Assembly (NCBI GenBank): GCA_039028615.1
Contig: JBCCHT010000025.1
Location: 96,001 to 160,000 of the forward strand
Direction of reading: 5' to 3'
Source of the DNA: Myxococcota bacterium
GTDB lineage: Bacteria > Myxococcota_A > Polyangia > Nannocystales > Nannocystaceae
DNA: 64,000 nucleotides
The translations under genes were made by a program, and so were the position numbers. The notes beneath the pieces are model-generated. The model was given only the letters and a program-made list of their open reading frames with translations. It did no database searches and was not told where the DNA came from. Below, piece by piece: positions 46,659-56,832 of this stretch. Each line of letters starts with the position of its first letter. Position 1 is the stretch's first letter.

Positions 46659-48181
46659 CGGCGGCCTCCCGATGCGTCGTGCACGAGCGCCTGCACCCGT
46701 CCGTGGAGAAAATCCTGGAGTCCCGCGAGCGCCCCGTCGTCGGCGGCGAAGCGGGCAAACTCGAGCATGACCGGCAGGTCTTCGGCGTCACGCACCCCGA
46801 TGGTGGGAATGCGGGGCGTGAGCGTGCGCGGAGAGAAGTCGTCGGCATCGAAGACGGGGTTGGCGTGCACCACCACCGTCTCGCCGCCGGGATCGAGCGA
46901 TTGCCGAAACACCCGCAGCACCTCCCCGGCCGCACCGGGCGGGTCGTTGTCGAAGCCGTCGGAGAGCACCACCAACAACGAAGGCCGCTGGCGAAGCGCG
47001 CGAATCAGCGGCGACGCGAGATCGGTCGACCCCTGCGGCACCACGTGGAGCGACGAGTCGGGCAGGTCCGGGTCCAGCGGCGGGGGATGGGTCCACTCGG
47101 CCCGATAGTCCTGGGCGGCCGCGCGCAGCAGGTAGTGCCCGGCCAGGGTCACCGCGAGCGGGCGACGACGCTTCTCGGACGAGCCCGACATCGAGTAGCT
47201 GTTGTCGAGCACCGCGGTCACCGAGCCCAGGGAAAAGCGCTGCTGCTGCACCACCCGCTGCGCCGCGCGGGTCAACGCCGCATGAAGCTCGGGGCCCCGA
47301 GTCCGACGCTCTTCGGCCGATCGCGTGACCACCCAGCTGCACAAGCGCGTCAGCGGCAAGGCATCGAGGTCGACCTCCACCTCCACGCCCTCGCGCGCCG
47401 TGCTCTGCTGCAGACGCAGGCGCTCTCGCTTGGTCATGCGCGGCTCGATGCCCTTCAAGAAGGTCACCCGATCGATGCCGTGCGTCCCGGCGAAGCCCTC
47501 CGCCACCGTATAGGGCAGCTCGTAGATCGCCCGCGTGTCGTAGTGCGCCCGGCGATAGGCGTCGAGCAGCGAGTGCTCGTAGGCCCAGCCCTTCTTTCGA
47601 CCCTGCCGCTCGCCGAACAAGAAGCGCCCGAGCTCGGCGGGCAGCTTCATGTGGCAGTGCCGCACCGCGGCCCGCAGCGCCGTGCGGTACTTGACCGCGT
47701 CGAAGTTCAGGTCGCCACGCTCGCTCAGCCACTGCTTCACGATCGCCCGCGTGCGCCGATTGTTGACCCGGCGAGCCACCAGCGTGCGAAACAAGCGATA
47801 GGCCTGAGGCGGCGGCAAGCGTCGCAGCGCCGCCGAACACAGGCGCCCCTCTTCGCGCCACGCCTCGCCCGAGACCTCGCGGCTCGACGCCAGCAGGTTC
47901 ACGATGACCTTGGCCGTGTTGTAGTGGTTGAGCCCTACCGCGAGCGAGCGGGCGTACAGCCGACGGTAGTTGCCGCGGATATACTCGTGCAGGAACTCGA
48001 TGGAGATCGCCTGCCCGTCGGCACTGCCGTAGAACTCGCGCTGCCCCGTGCTCGAGAACGCCGCGTTGACGAACGTGACCAGGTCCTCGCGCTCGACTCG
48101 AGAGGCCGCGCGCGCCGAGCCGCCCTTGGGCAGTCGGTCGTGATCGGGTACTTGGGTGCGAGGCGGGCTCTGGGTCGTCAT
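46655..48181 (-). CDS. TROVE/Ro60-like helical protein with C-terminal vWA domain
   Basis: Basic helical N-terminal region; MIDAS VLDNSYSM, GSTDLA, VVLSDG. Confidence 0.7.
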   Translation of the reverse strand: MTTQSPPRTQVPDHDRLPKGGSARAASRVEREDLVTFVNAAFSSTGQREFYGSADGQAISIEFLHEYIRGNYRRLYARSLAVGLNHYNTAKVIVNLLASSREVSGEAWREEGRLCSAALRRLPPPQAYRLFRTLVARRVNNRRTRAIVKQWLSERGDLNFDAVKYRTALRAAVRHCHMKLPAELGRFLFGERQGRKKGWAYEHSLLDAYRRAHYDTRAIYELPYTVAEGFAGTHGIDRVTFLKGIEPRMTKRERLRLQQSTAREGVEVEVDLDALPLTRLCSWVVTRSAEERRTRGPELHAALTRAAQRVVQQQRFSLGSVTAVLDNSYSMSGSSEKRRRPLAVTLAGHYLLRAAAQDYRAEWTHPPPLDPDLPDSSLHVVPQGSTDLASPLIRALRQRPSLLVVLSDGFDNDPPGAAGEVLRVFRQSLDPGGETVVVHANPVFDADDFSPRTLTPRIPTIGVRDAEDLPVMLEFARFAADDGALAGLQDFLHGRVQALVHDASGGRR

Positions 48182-48335
48182 CGGAAGTCACCGAAGGGGT
48201 GGCTCGACGACGATTCGAGCACGAGTTGGAAGAAGCGCCGGCCGGGGCGAGAAAGCGCGGATCACGTCAACGCGTCCAATCGAGTTCGGAAATCCGCACC
48301 GAAGTCCCGCAGCCGACCTCTTTGGCTTAACACGC

Positions 48336-49502
48336 CTACCGATGCGAGGCCAGCCAGGTCGCCCACTTTTCATAGTCGTCGACCGCCCACTCCTGCTCAC
48401 TCGCCCAGAACATCGCCCCCCACACCCGGGCGCGGATCGTGGCGTCCTCGCCCCGCAGCGCCCCCATGACGATCGCCTCCCAGGCCTCGCGATCGGCGAT
48501 GACCTCCTGACGAATGCGTCGGTACTTGTCGAGGTCCTCCTCGCCCACGCCCATGCCTTCGTCGGAGATCAGCATCTGCAGTGCCACCAACACGGCGTGC
48601 TGACGCTCCCACCACACCGTCGACTCGGTCATCTCGCGCAGGGCCGCGGCGTCGGCAAAGGGGTTGGCGCTCTCTCGCTCGGGGATGCCGAAGTGGTAGA
48701 TCTCGCCGCTCATCGCCTCGGACACGGAGCGCTTGGCATCCATGGTCACCGTGCCGGTTTGGCGATCCCAGGTGAAGTACCAGAAGCGACCGGGGCAGCC
48801 CGACGGGCAGTCGTCGCCCTCGCCGTACTCGAACACGACATGGGTGACCTCGGGTCGCTGCACGAGATAGGGCCGAGTCCCGCCGTCCATGGTGGGCATG
48901 TCCATCGCGGAGAAGGCCTTGTCCACGCCCTCGACCTCGAGCAACGCTTCGACCAGGTTCTCGTGGTCGAACTGCCCTTCGAAGTGCGCGGTGAGGCCCA
49001 AGAACGTGCTGACCTCGGTGTGGTGAACACCCAGCCGCTCGAGCGCCTGGTCGAGCGGCGCGTAGCCGAGCGGCTCGGGCAGGGCGGCACCGCGGCACTT
49101 CATCTGCTCCTCGAAATCCGAGGACTCGCCGATGGGCAGCCCCGTCGCCGCGACCGCCTGCGGAGAGAGCTGGAGCTCGATCTCCGGGTAGTGCGCGGCC
49201 ATGATCGCGAAGGAGCGGAAGTCGATCTCGGGCTCGAGCTGGTGAATCTGCTCGACCGCTTTCAGGGCCCCGGCCATCGCCTCGTCGGAGATGCGGATGT
49301 CCTCGGAGAGCCCCTGCAACATATAGAGCGCGGTGCGTTCCTCGATGAAGGGCTTGCGCGTAAGCGTGCTGGGCAGCTCCGAGGCCTGAGCGTGCCGGAC
49401 CGGGCTCCCGCACTCTTCAGCCCTTCGCGGGGACGAATGCGCGCAGGCGATTCCCATCGCACCGAGCACCAGGACATGAACAAGGCCGCGTGATTGCATC
49501 AT
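48336..49502 (-). CDS. Hypothetical lipoprotein with DCPSGC motif
   Basis: Lipobox GIAC; long ORF filling the gap. Confidence 0.7.
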   Translation of the reverse strand: MMQSRGLVHVLVLGAMGIACAHSSPRRAEECGSPVRHAQASELPSTLTRKPFIEERTALYMLQGLSEDIRISDEAMAGALKAVEQIHQLEPEIDFRSFAIMAAHYPEIELQLSPQAVAATGLPIGESSDFEEQMKCRGAALPEPLGYAPLDQALERLGVHHTEVSTFLGLTAHFEGQFDHENLVEALLEVEGVDKAFSAMDMPTMDGGTRPYLVQRPEVTHVVFEYGEGDDCPSGCPGRFWYFTWDRQTGTVTMDAKRSVSEAMSGEIYHFGIPERESANPFADAAALREMTESTVWWERQHAVLVALQMLISDEGMGVGEEDLDKYRRIRQEVIADREAWEAIVMGALRGEDATIRARVWGAMFWASEQEWAVDDYEKWATWLASHR

Positions 49503-49584
49503 GTCCGGGCTCGCTGGGACCGCATACCTAGCAGTACCAGATCCGCCCGGCCGTGCAACCGCCGCGGCCCCTTGCCGAGCGACT

Positions 49585-49974
49585 TCAGAACTCGTCGGCG
49601 ATGCTGATGAAGCGCAGGTTGTTCGAGACCGCCTTGCCGATCTTGAACGAGCCGCCGTCGATGAAGCTGTTCGTATCGCGGAAGGCGTCGTTATAGATGG
49701 CCGTCCACATCAGACCGCGGGGCTTGCCGTCACGGCGACCGGGGACGTCGGTGCCCGAGGTGAGCTTGATGCTGCCGCCCTGCGTCCCCATCCACGTTCC
49801 CAGCGACGACCAATACGCTCGAAAGGCATCGACACTCGGCTCACCGAGCACCTCTCTCACCCGGAGCTCGGTCGGATCGTCGAGCAATTCATCCAGTTGT
49901 GCTTCCGACATCACCGCGAACCTCACGAGTTCGATCCGCATCCGCTCCGCGAGCTGTTGATCTGAGAACGACAT
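49585..49974 (-). CDS. Hypothetical protein (129 aa)
   Basis: ATG 49974 (MSFSDQQ...), globular composition. Confidence 0.6.
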   Translation of the reverse strand: MSFSDQQLAERMRIELVRFAVMSEAQLDELLDDPTELRVREVLGEPSVDAFRAYWSSLGTWMGTQGGSIKLTSGTDVPGRRDGKPRGLMWTAIYNDAFRDTNSFIDGGSFKIGKAVSNNLRFISIADEF

Positions 49975-50177
49975 TGCCCCGGCGTACGCGGCACGCCGCG
50001 ATCCGTTACGAACATTTCGAGGGTGACGACACGCGAATCCGAGCAACCGGAGGCCCGCGCTCATGGCCCTAGAACTGCTCTAAACCCGCGAATTCGACCA
50101 GTCGTCGGTTTTCGGTGGTCCACTGGGGCTCGAGATGACTCCAACAACTGGCAGAGGTCCGTCGCATTGACGACGAG

Positions 50178-51650
50178 TCAATCAACTCGCCCGCGATAAA
50201 CCCCACGACCGCCGTCTCCGCCGTCCGCGGTCGCGAACACGATGTCACCATCGAAGGGGTCGCCCGCGTTGAGCCGCGGCGATTGTCGGTACGCATTCCA
50301 GTCGAGCGTCTGCCAGCTGCCCGTGGCCGGATCGATGAGCCGTAGCGCGCCGTGCTCGGTCGAGTCCTCGTTGGCGATGGTCAAGATCCGCTCGTCGGCC
50401 AGCCACCGTCGACTGGTGTGCACCCGATCGGCGACGCGCTCGACTTCGCCGCCATCGAAGGGCACGAAGCTCAGGCTGCCCTCGTTCGCCACGGGCACGT
50501 CGTCGGTCTCGAAGATCTCCACGCCGGAGCCACGGCGCGACACCGTGCCCTGATGGCGAGCGAAGACCCGCGGGGACTCGCCCGGCACCCAGCGCAGCTC
50601 CTCGGTCTCGCCGTCGACCCGCCGGGCCAGCCACAGCTCGCCATCATCGAGCAGACCGCGAATGTCGGTCCGGGCCGGCGTGTCGATCCGAGCCCCGCCC
50701 TCGAGCCAGAACAGCAGCGGCCCCTGGTCGTCGTCGCGCACGAGCAGGTAGTCGCCCAGGTACGGGTTGGCCGTCCACTCGAGATGCGTATTGAGCAGGT
50801 GCGTGTCCGTGTGGTCTTCGCGATCGTGCAAGAAGACGGGGCCGACCGGCGTGTCGGGTTCACCCTCGGCGGGGTCGAGCGCCTGCCATACGAGCCAGCG
50901 ACCGTCCCCCGAGGCCCGAAACTCGCGGACCCCGGTCAGCTCGGTGGTCACCTCACCGCCGTCGAGGTCGACGTGCTGCACCTCGCCCGCTTCGGTCAGC
51001 ACGAGTGCCTCGCCGCCCTTGGCCCACAGCGAGGACGTCCAGTTCGATCCCGGGCCGTAGAAGGTGTTGCGGGCGGTTCGAACGCCAGAGGCGAGGACCT
51101 CGGGCGTGTCCGCCGGATCGGCCGGGTCTCGCAGCAGCACCAGGTCCCCAAAATCGCGATCGACGTCGGCCTCGACCGTCACCAACCCGACATCCGTGGT
51201 TCGCAGCGGACACCAACCCCCGAAGATCTCCCGTGGCGCCTGCGCCCCGCTCGGGTCGATGACCCACGCTCCGTGCCCGCCATCGCTGCAGGCCACGTCG
51301 ACGGCACCGAAACGGCTGGTCAGCGTGAGCCCGCGAGCCACGACCAGGGGCCGCTCCCCGCAAGGGTCGATGGCGTGGATCCGCAGCTCGAGGGTGGGCG
51401 GCAAGCTGGACAGCGGCAGGGCCGGGTCGACGACGAACGTGCTCACCAACACGCGCTCGGGGTCGGCCCCGCGATCGACGCGATAGGCGTGCTCACCCGC
51501 TTCCAGTGGCAGTAACCGATGCGGTCCATCGGTGCCGCAAACCGCGGACCAGGTGGCGAGCGGGGGCTCGTCGACGACCATCGGATCGACCGCATCGTCG
51601 CGACACCCAGCCCCAATGAGGGTCATGCCGAGCGCGAAACGTCGAATCAC
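50178..51650 (-). CDS. Hypothetical lipoprotein, probable beta-propeller
   Basis: Signal + lipobox GAGC after GTG 51650; repeated short beta strands, SGDGRWL. Confidence 0.7.
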   Translation of the reverse strand: MIRRFALGMTLIGAGCRDDAVDPMVVDEPPLATWSAVCGTDGPHRLLPLEAGEHAYRVDRGADPERVLVSTFVVDPALPLSSLPPTLELRIHAIDPCGERPLVVARGLTLTSRFGAVDVACSDGGHGAWVIDPSGAQAPREIFGGWCPLRTTDVGLVTVEADVDRDFGDLVLLRDPADPADTPEVLASGVRTARNTFYGPGSNWTSSLWAKGGEALVLTEAGEVQHVDLDGGEVTTELTGVREFRASGDGRWLVWQALDPAEGEPDTPVGPVFLHDREDHTDTHLLNTHLEWTANPYLGDYLLVRDDDQGPLLFWLEGGARIDTPARTDIRGLLDDGELWLARRVDGETEELRWVPGESPRVFARHQGTVSRRGSGVEIFETDDVPVANEGSLSFVPFDGGEVERVADRVHTSRRWLADERILTIANEDSTEHGALRLIDPATGSWQTLDWNAYRQSPRLNAGDPFDGDIVFATADGGDGGRGVYRGRVD

Positions 51651-51762
51651 GCGTCCAGCATAGCAGCCGAGCGAACCACGCCAGTGGGGGCCCGTAGCCC
51701 GCGGCCGGTGCTGGGCGCCCCCACCCTCGACGGTCTTGCTCGGCCGCGCTAGCTTGGCACCC

Positions 51763-53028
51763 ATGGCTTATCGTTTGGATGGATTGAAGATGAAGATCGT
51801 CGCCGGGCTGGGCCTGTCGCCGCTGCTGCTGACAGGCACGTCGGGGTGCGTCTCGCGTTCGGTCGATGGTCCCGACGACGACATGGGCGGGGACGGCAGC
51901 AGCGGCATGGCGGAGACGTCGGGGTCCTCGGCCACGACCGCGATGTCGACCACGTCTCCCGTCACCACCCTGCCCCCCAGCGACGAGGGCACCACCTCGG
52001 TGCCGCCCGAGCAGATGTGCTTCCCCTCCGACGACTGGCTCGAGTGGGAGATCTGGTGGGGCGTCGATGCCAACGGCGACTGCGTGTGCGATCAAGAGTG
52101 CCAAATGGTCGTGCAGTCGCAGTGGGACGAGGAGAACTGCTGCGGCAGCTGCTGGTACACCTTTGGCGAAGTGCTCTGCTCCGAGCCGCTCGCCGGCCAG
52201 TGCCACTTCATCGTCACCATGTACGAGGAGGGCTGCGGCAAGGGCCGGCCGCTCATCGTGAACGACGAAGCCCGGGTCGCATGCGTGACCGAGCGCGACG
52301 ACTGGCAGCGCGGCGACATGCCGCGGGTGGACGGTCTGTCCCCGAGGCAGCGCCGAGAGCTCGCCGCGTACTGGACCGATGCGGCACTCGCCGAGCATGC
52401 CTCGGTGGCCTCGTTCGCTCGCTTCATGCTCGACCTGTCTGCCCTCGGGGCTCCGCCCGAGCTGCTCGCGGACACCAGCGCCGCCATGCACGACGAGATT
52501 CGCCACGCCCAGGTCGCCTTTGCCCTCGCGTCGGGTTACGGCGGCACGGCGGTGGGCCCCGGGCCCCTGCCCATGCACGGCCTGAACGCGGGGCAGAGCG
52601 CCGAGTCCATCGTGCGGGCCGCGGTGCGCGAGGGGTGCGTCGAAGAGACGCTCGCCGCGGCCGAAGCCGAGCTCGCCGCCCATCGTGCAACCGAGCCCAC
52701 CGTCAAAGCTGCGCTCACGGCCATCGCCGAGGACGAGGCGCGCCATGCCGTGCTCGCGTGGCGCTTCGTGGACTGGGCAGTGCAGCAAGACCGCTCGCTG
52801 GCAGCGGCGGTGCGTGACGAATTCGATCGCGCCATCGCGGCGGCACAGCGTGCCTCCGTCGCCCCCAGCACCGACCTCGAGCCCACCGTGGCCGCCGCCC
52901 ATGGCGTCCTGTCGGCGGACGCTCGCCACACGCTGCGCGCCCGGTGCCTGCGGGGCACGGTCGCCGTGTGTGCGAAGGCGATGCTCGTCGACCGTACCGA
53001 CGTCGAGTCGGCGTCGACGCTCGCGTAG
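51763..53028 (+). CDS. Lipoprotein: Ser/Thr linker, Cys-rich segment, ferritin-like diiron domain
   Basis: Lipobox TSGC; 10-Cys segment ending CGKGRP; AEHASVASF, DEIRH, EGCVEET, DEARH. Confidence 0.88.
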   Translation: MAYRLDGLKMKIVAGLGLSPLLLTGTSGCVSRSVDGPDDDMGGDGSSGMAETSGSSATTAMSTTSPVTTLPPSDEGTTSVPPEQMCFPSDDWLEWEIWWGVDANGDCVCDQECQMVVQSQWDEENCCGSCWYTFGEVLCSEPLAGQCHFIVTMYEEGCGKGRPLIVNDEARVACVTERDDWQRGDMPRVDGLSPRQRRELAAYWTDAALAEHASVASFARFMLDLSALGAPPELLADTSAAMHDEIRHAQVAFALASGYGGTAVGPGPLPMHGLNAGQSAESIVRAAVREGCVEETLAAAEAELAAHRATEPTVKAALTAIAEDEARHAVLAWRFVDWAVQQDRSLAAAVRDEFDRAIAAAQRASVAPSTDLEPTVAAAHGVLSADARHTLRARCLRGTVAVCAKAMLVDRTDVESASTLA

Positions 53029-53108
53029 AGCGAGGCGGAGACCCCCGTGCAGCGGTACGGACCCTTCATCTTGTTCGTACCGCGGCATGGGTCTACGTTG
53101 GCCTCGCG

Positions 53109-54278
53109 ATGAATCGACGCTCGCGGTATTCGACTCTGGGTTGGGCCTTGGTACTCGCGAGCTGCGGCGGCAGCGAAACCGAGCCCGCCGATGCGGCAGG
53201 AAGCAGCGGGTCCTCGCTCGCCAGCTCCGATGGCTCCGCCGACGCAGCATCTTCGGGTGACGGCAGCGACGGCCCCACCGATCCCACCGACCCCGGGTCC
53301 ACGAGCAGCGCGGACTCCAGCAGCGACGACGGCCCGCCGGGTGATTGCGAGGCCGAGGGTTTTCACGTCGACGGCGGTACGCTCTACGACGACCACTGCA
53401 ACCCGTTCGTCTTTCGCGGGCTCAACTACCCCTACGCGTGGTTTGCCTGGCGTGACGACACCGAGCAGCAATTCGCCGATATCGCGGCCGCAGGGGCCAA
53501 TACGATGCGGATCGTGCTGGCCAACGGCGAGCAGTGGGAGCGCATCGACGGACGGCAGCTGACCCAGGTCATCGACTGGGCGAAGAGCCAGCGACTGGTC
53601 GTCGTGCTCGAGATCCACGACGCCACGGGATGGTCGGAGCAGGCCAGCGCGGCCGATCCTCAGACCGCGGTCGACTACTGGCTCAGCCCCGACATCCGCT
53701 CCGCGATCGATGGCAACGAAGCGTTCGTGATCATCAACATCGCCAACGAGCCGCTCGGCAACGACACCACCGATCAGTGGGTGCCCTTCCACTCGGGGGC
53801 GATCGCCGAGCTTCGTCGGGCCGGCCTGCGACACACGCTCATCGTGGACGCGCCCAACTGGGGTCAGGACTGGAGCGGCACCATGCGCGACGGCGTGGCG
53901 GCGCAGCAGATCTTCGACGCCGACCCCGATGGCAACGTCGTGTTCTCCGTGCACATGTACGACGTGTACGGCACGGAGCCGAGCGTGCAGAGTTACTTCG
54001 ACGAGTTCCTCGCCTCGGGCCTGCCGCTCATCGTCGGCGAGTTCGCGGCCGACCACGGGCCGAAGAACCCGGTGGCGGCCGAAGCGATCATGGCCGCGAG
54101 CGAAGCGGCGTCGGTCGGCTACCTGGGGTGGTCGTGGTCGGGCAACTCGGCCGAGCTGGCGTCGCTGGACATCGTCGTCGATTTCTCCGGGGCCAACCTC
54201 TCGCCCTGGGGCGAGATGCTGGTCAACGGTCCCAACGGGCTGCAAGCCACCGCGCAGACCTGCAGCTGCTACGAATAG
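53109..54278 (+). CDS. GH5 (subfamily 8-like) endo-beta-mannanase lipoprotein
   Basis: Lipobox LASC; LEIHDATG, NIANEP, DAPNWGQD, FSVHMY, IVGEF, GWSWSGN. Confidence 0.92.
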   Translation: MNRRSRYSTLGWALVLASCGGSETEPADAAGSSGSSLASSDGSADAASSGDGSDGPTDPTDPGSTSSADSSSDDGPPGDCEAEGFHVDGGTLYDDHCNPFVFRGLNYPYAWFAWRDDTEQQFADIAAAGANTMRIVLANGEQWERIDGRQLTQVIDWAKSQRLVVVLEIHDATGWSEQASAADPQTAVDYWLSPDIRSAIDGNEAFVIINIANEPLGNDTTDQWVPFHSGAIAELRRAGLRHTLIVDAPNWGQDWSGTMRDGVAAQQIFDADPDGNVVFSVHMYDVYGTEPSVQSYFDEFLASGLPLIVGEFAADHGPKNPVAAEAIMAASEAASVGYLGWSWSGNSAELASLDIVVDFSGANLSPWGEMLVNGPNGLQATAQTCSCYE

Positions 54279-54362
54279 GCGCGCATCCGCTGCCCCCGAG
54301 ATAGCGAGGGCAGCCGATGCGCGCTGGAGGGTGGTGGAGGCAGGGGAGTACTGCCCCACCGA

Positions 54363-55400
54363 TCAGTTGACGGTCGTCTCGGGGGGGCCGTCGCCCTCGG
54401 GCTCGAACTCAGGATCGAGCACCATGATGAACTTGTCGAACTCGAGGCCGTCCTCGCGCATGCCGAACGCGATGGTGTGCACGCCCGGTGTGTCGATCTG
54501 CAGCCAGATGTTGGCGTCGCGACGGCTGACGCCGTTGGCCGCCGACACGCCCGTGTGCTGAGAGCCGCCGCGGCGATTTTGCGTCCAGCCCCACCCGCCG
54601 GGGAACTGCATGCGCATGCTGCTGGGATCGATGAGGTCGTTCTCCGGCCACTCGCCGTCGAGCCCCACGTGGATCCCGTTGGCGGCCGGCCCCTGCCCTC
54701 GCGCCCGCGCCCAGACGTAGTAGCGACCGGTCTGCGTGAAGTTCACGCGGTACTCGAGCCGCGGCGCCTGGCTTTGGTTGTTGACCACGCCGAGGTTGCC
54801 CGTGTTCTGCTCGTGATCGGTCCGGCGACGATCGGGCAGCGGCTCGACATAGGCCCCGCCCGCCGCTTCGGCCGGATCGATGTCGTCGCCGTCACAGGTC
54901 GGGTACTGGTTGCACTCGGGTCGATTGTCGTTGGTGCACGGCGTGTCGGTGACGCAGGTGACCTCGGGGTCGTCCACGCCATCTCGGAAGGTGTACCAGT
55001 ACGCCTGCGTGAACTCGTTGTTGAGCTCGACGTAGTAGTGCTCGGCCTCCACCGACACGAGGCCGTCGACCTCTTCGAACTCCCAGTCCACCATGGGGCC
55101 GCCGGTCGAGCCGGTCTCGTCGCTGCCCGGTCCGGTGGTCTCGCTGCCGTCGTCGGACTCGTCGGAAGGATCGAAGGTCGTCGCCCCATCGCTCGTCTCG
55201 CCGGGCGTCGGGGTGGCATCATCGGTGGTCGCAACGGGCTCGTCGCCCGACGTGGATGCCATGCCCGAGCCGAAGCTCGGCGTGTCGGAGCTGCCTTCCG
55301 TGCCGACATCGCCACAGCCGGCGACGGCCAACAGAGTCACGAGGGTCGAGCTCGCGAGCAACGAGCGCGAAGCGAAGGTGGGTGTGGCTGAATCAAACAT
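54363..55400 (-). CDS. Lipoprotein with carbohydrate-binding-like jelly-roll domain (GH115 C-terminal-like)
   Basis: Lipobox VAGC; FEEVDGLVSVEAEH, LEYRVNF..TGRYYVW, MREDGLEFDK. Confidence 0.75.
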   Translation of the reverse strand: MFDSATPTFASRSLLASSTLVTLLAVAGCGDVGTEGSSDTPSFGSGMASTSGDEPVATTDDATPTPGETSDGATTFDPSDESDDGSETTGPGSDETGSTGGPMVDWEFEEVDGLVSVEAEHYYVELNNEFTQAYWYTFRDGVDDPEVTCVTDTPCTNDNRPECNQYPTCDGDDIDPAEAAGGAYVEPLPDRRRTDHEQNTGNLGVVNNQSQAPRLEYRVNFTQTGRYYVWARARGQGPAANGIHVGLDGEWPENDLIDPSSMRMQFPGGWGWTQNRRGGSQHTGVSAANGVSRRDANIWLQIDTPGVHTIAFGMREDGLEFDKFIMVLDPEFEPEGDGPPETTVN

Positions 55401-56832
55401 TGCGGAATCCCGTGATCTCGGTTGGTTGGTAGTCGGGCCATCGCTCGGGAATCCCCGAGTCCACGCCGTAGGCCGCCAGGGCCTGGTGATAGACGTCGGA
55501 GGGGATCAGCGGCTGGTCGTACCAGCCCGCGTTGAAGCGGTCGCCGCCGCCGAGCACGGCGTGGAAGGTGTCGGCCGGGTCGTGGTTTTCTCCGTACTCG
55601 GTCCCGAACAACACCAGGCTGTTGTCGAGCACCGTGCGCCCGTTGAGCTCGACGATCGCGTCCATCGCCCGCAGCGTCTCGGCCACCAGACCGATGGAAA
55701 AGTGCTGATAGCGGCGGATGTGCTCGGGTCGATAGTCGTGGAAGATCCGGTCGTGCGGGGTGCCGTCGCCCAGCACTTGCTCGAAGTCGAGGCTGCCGCC
55801 CAGGGCGTCGTAGACCCCGCTGAAGCGAATGTGACCGCCTCCGCCCACGCTGAGCAGGCTGCCGAAGCGCACCGCGTCGCACGAGATGCCCAGGGCGAGG
55901 ATCTCCCCGATGAGGGTCATCGCCTCGCGTGCGACCTGCCAGGCAATCTGGGGCGCGCCGGGTCCGGTCGCTCCGTTGGCCGCGTCGTAGAACGAGTACC
56001 CGTCGGGGTCGTTGATGTCCCCCGCCTCGGGCGGGTCGCACACCAAGGGAATGTCGGGCTCTTCGTCGTTCGGCGCGAGCTGCGTCTCGACGTCGCGAAT
56101 CGCCGACAGGTGGTTGTCGATCTTCGCCTTCGAGGCGGCCCCCAGCGGCGAGGCATCCGAGGTCAGGTGTTGGTACTGGTCGAGCACGCTGTCCAGCACG
56201 CTGCGATGCACATGGTTGCGAACCAGCTGATCGGGGTCCGGCTCGCCGCCGCTGCCCGGATCGGGGGGCTCGAACATCCCGAAGAGCAGGTCGAAGATCC
56301 GCGACGGACGTCGCTCGGGTCGCTGCCCTGGGCTGCCGTCCTCGTTCCAGTGGCGCGTGAACTGAGACACCGCGCCCGTGCGCGACCAGATGCCGGCCGA
56401 GATCTCGGGCACGGCCACGTTGGGCACCCCCGAGGGATGGAGCGCGCGCTTCATCACCTGCTCCATGCTCGGGCCGCCCGCCTGGTAGTTGCCGCCGTCG
56501 CCTTGCTGCGGCACCCCGGTGAAGGTCGCCGCCGACGTGCTGAAGTGCGGCGTCCCGCTCGCGCTCAGCGGCCCCCCGTCGACGCGGGTGAACATCGCCG
56601 CCTTGTCGGCAAAGGGCGCGAGCGGCTGCAGCGGGCCCTCGAACTGCTCGAGCTGCATGGCGCGGGCGATCCCCAGGCCAAAGGACATGGTGAAGAGCCG
56701 ACACGGGGTGCCGTCGTCGGCCTCGGCGCGTGCGCTCGGCATGAACTCCTCGAGGAAGGGCAAGCCGATCGCGATGCTCCCCGCGCCGCGCAGCAAGTGT
56801 CGTCGAGTGAAGGTACGGGTCATCGTGCTCAC
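55393..56832 (-). CDS. DUF1552 protein, Tat-type signal (second copy)
   Basis: TRRHLLRGAG..IGLPFLEEF; SVLDSV; HLSAIRDVE; TVLDNS. Confidence 0.9.
   Translation of the reverse strand: MSTMTRTFTRRHLLRGAGSIAIGLPFLEEFMPSARAEADDGTPCRLFTMSFGLGIARAMQLEQFEGPLQPLAPFADKAAMFTRVDGGPLSASGTPHFSTSAATFTGVPQQGDGGNYQAGGPSMEQVMKRALHPSGVPNVAVPEISAGIWSRTGAVSQFTRHWNEDGSPGQRPERRPSRIFDLLFGMFEPPDPGSGGEPDPDQLVRNHVHRSVLDSVLDQYQHLTSDASPLGAASKAKIDNHLSAIRDVETQLAPNDEEPDIPLVCDPPEAGDINDPDGYSFYDAANGATGPGAPQIAWQVAREAMTLIGEILALGISCDAVRFGSLLSVGGGGHIRFSGVYDALGGSLDFEQVLGDGTPHDRIFHDYRPEHIRRYQHFSIGLVAETLRAMDAIVELNGRTVLDNSLVLFGTEYGENHDPADTFHAVLGGGDRFNAGWYDQPLIPSDVYHQALAAYGVDSGIPERWPDYQPTEITGFRNV

Noticed and set aside
48182..48335. 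Y-RNA/YrlA-like or tRNA-like gene upstream of the TROVE-like gene
   Set aside because: Only a small GCTCGA/TCGAGC hairpin; no proper T-arm or cloverleaf found by eye; a cmsearch would be decisive
50066..50085. IS-end-like TTAGAGCAGTTCTA (minus strand)
   Set aside because: No partner inverted repeat or transposase
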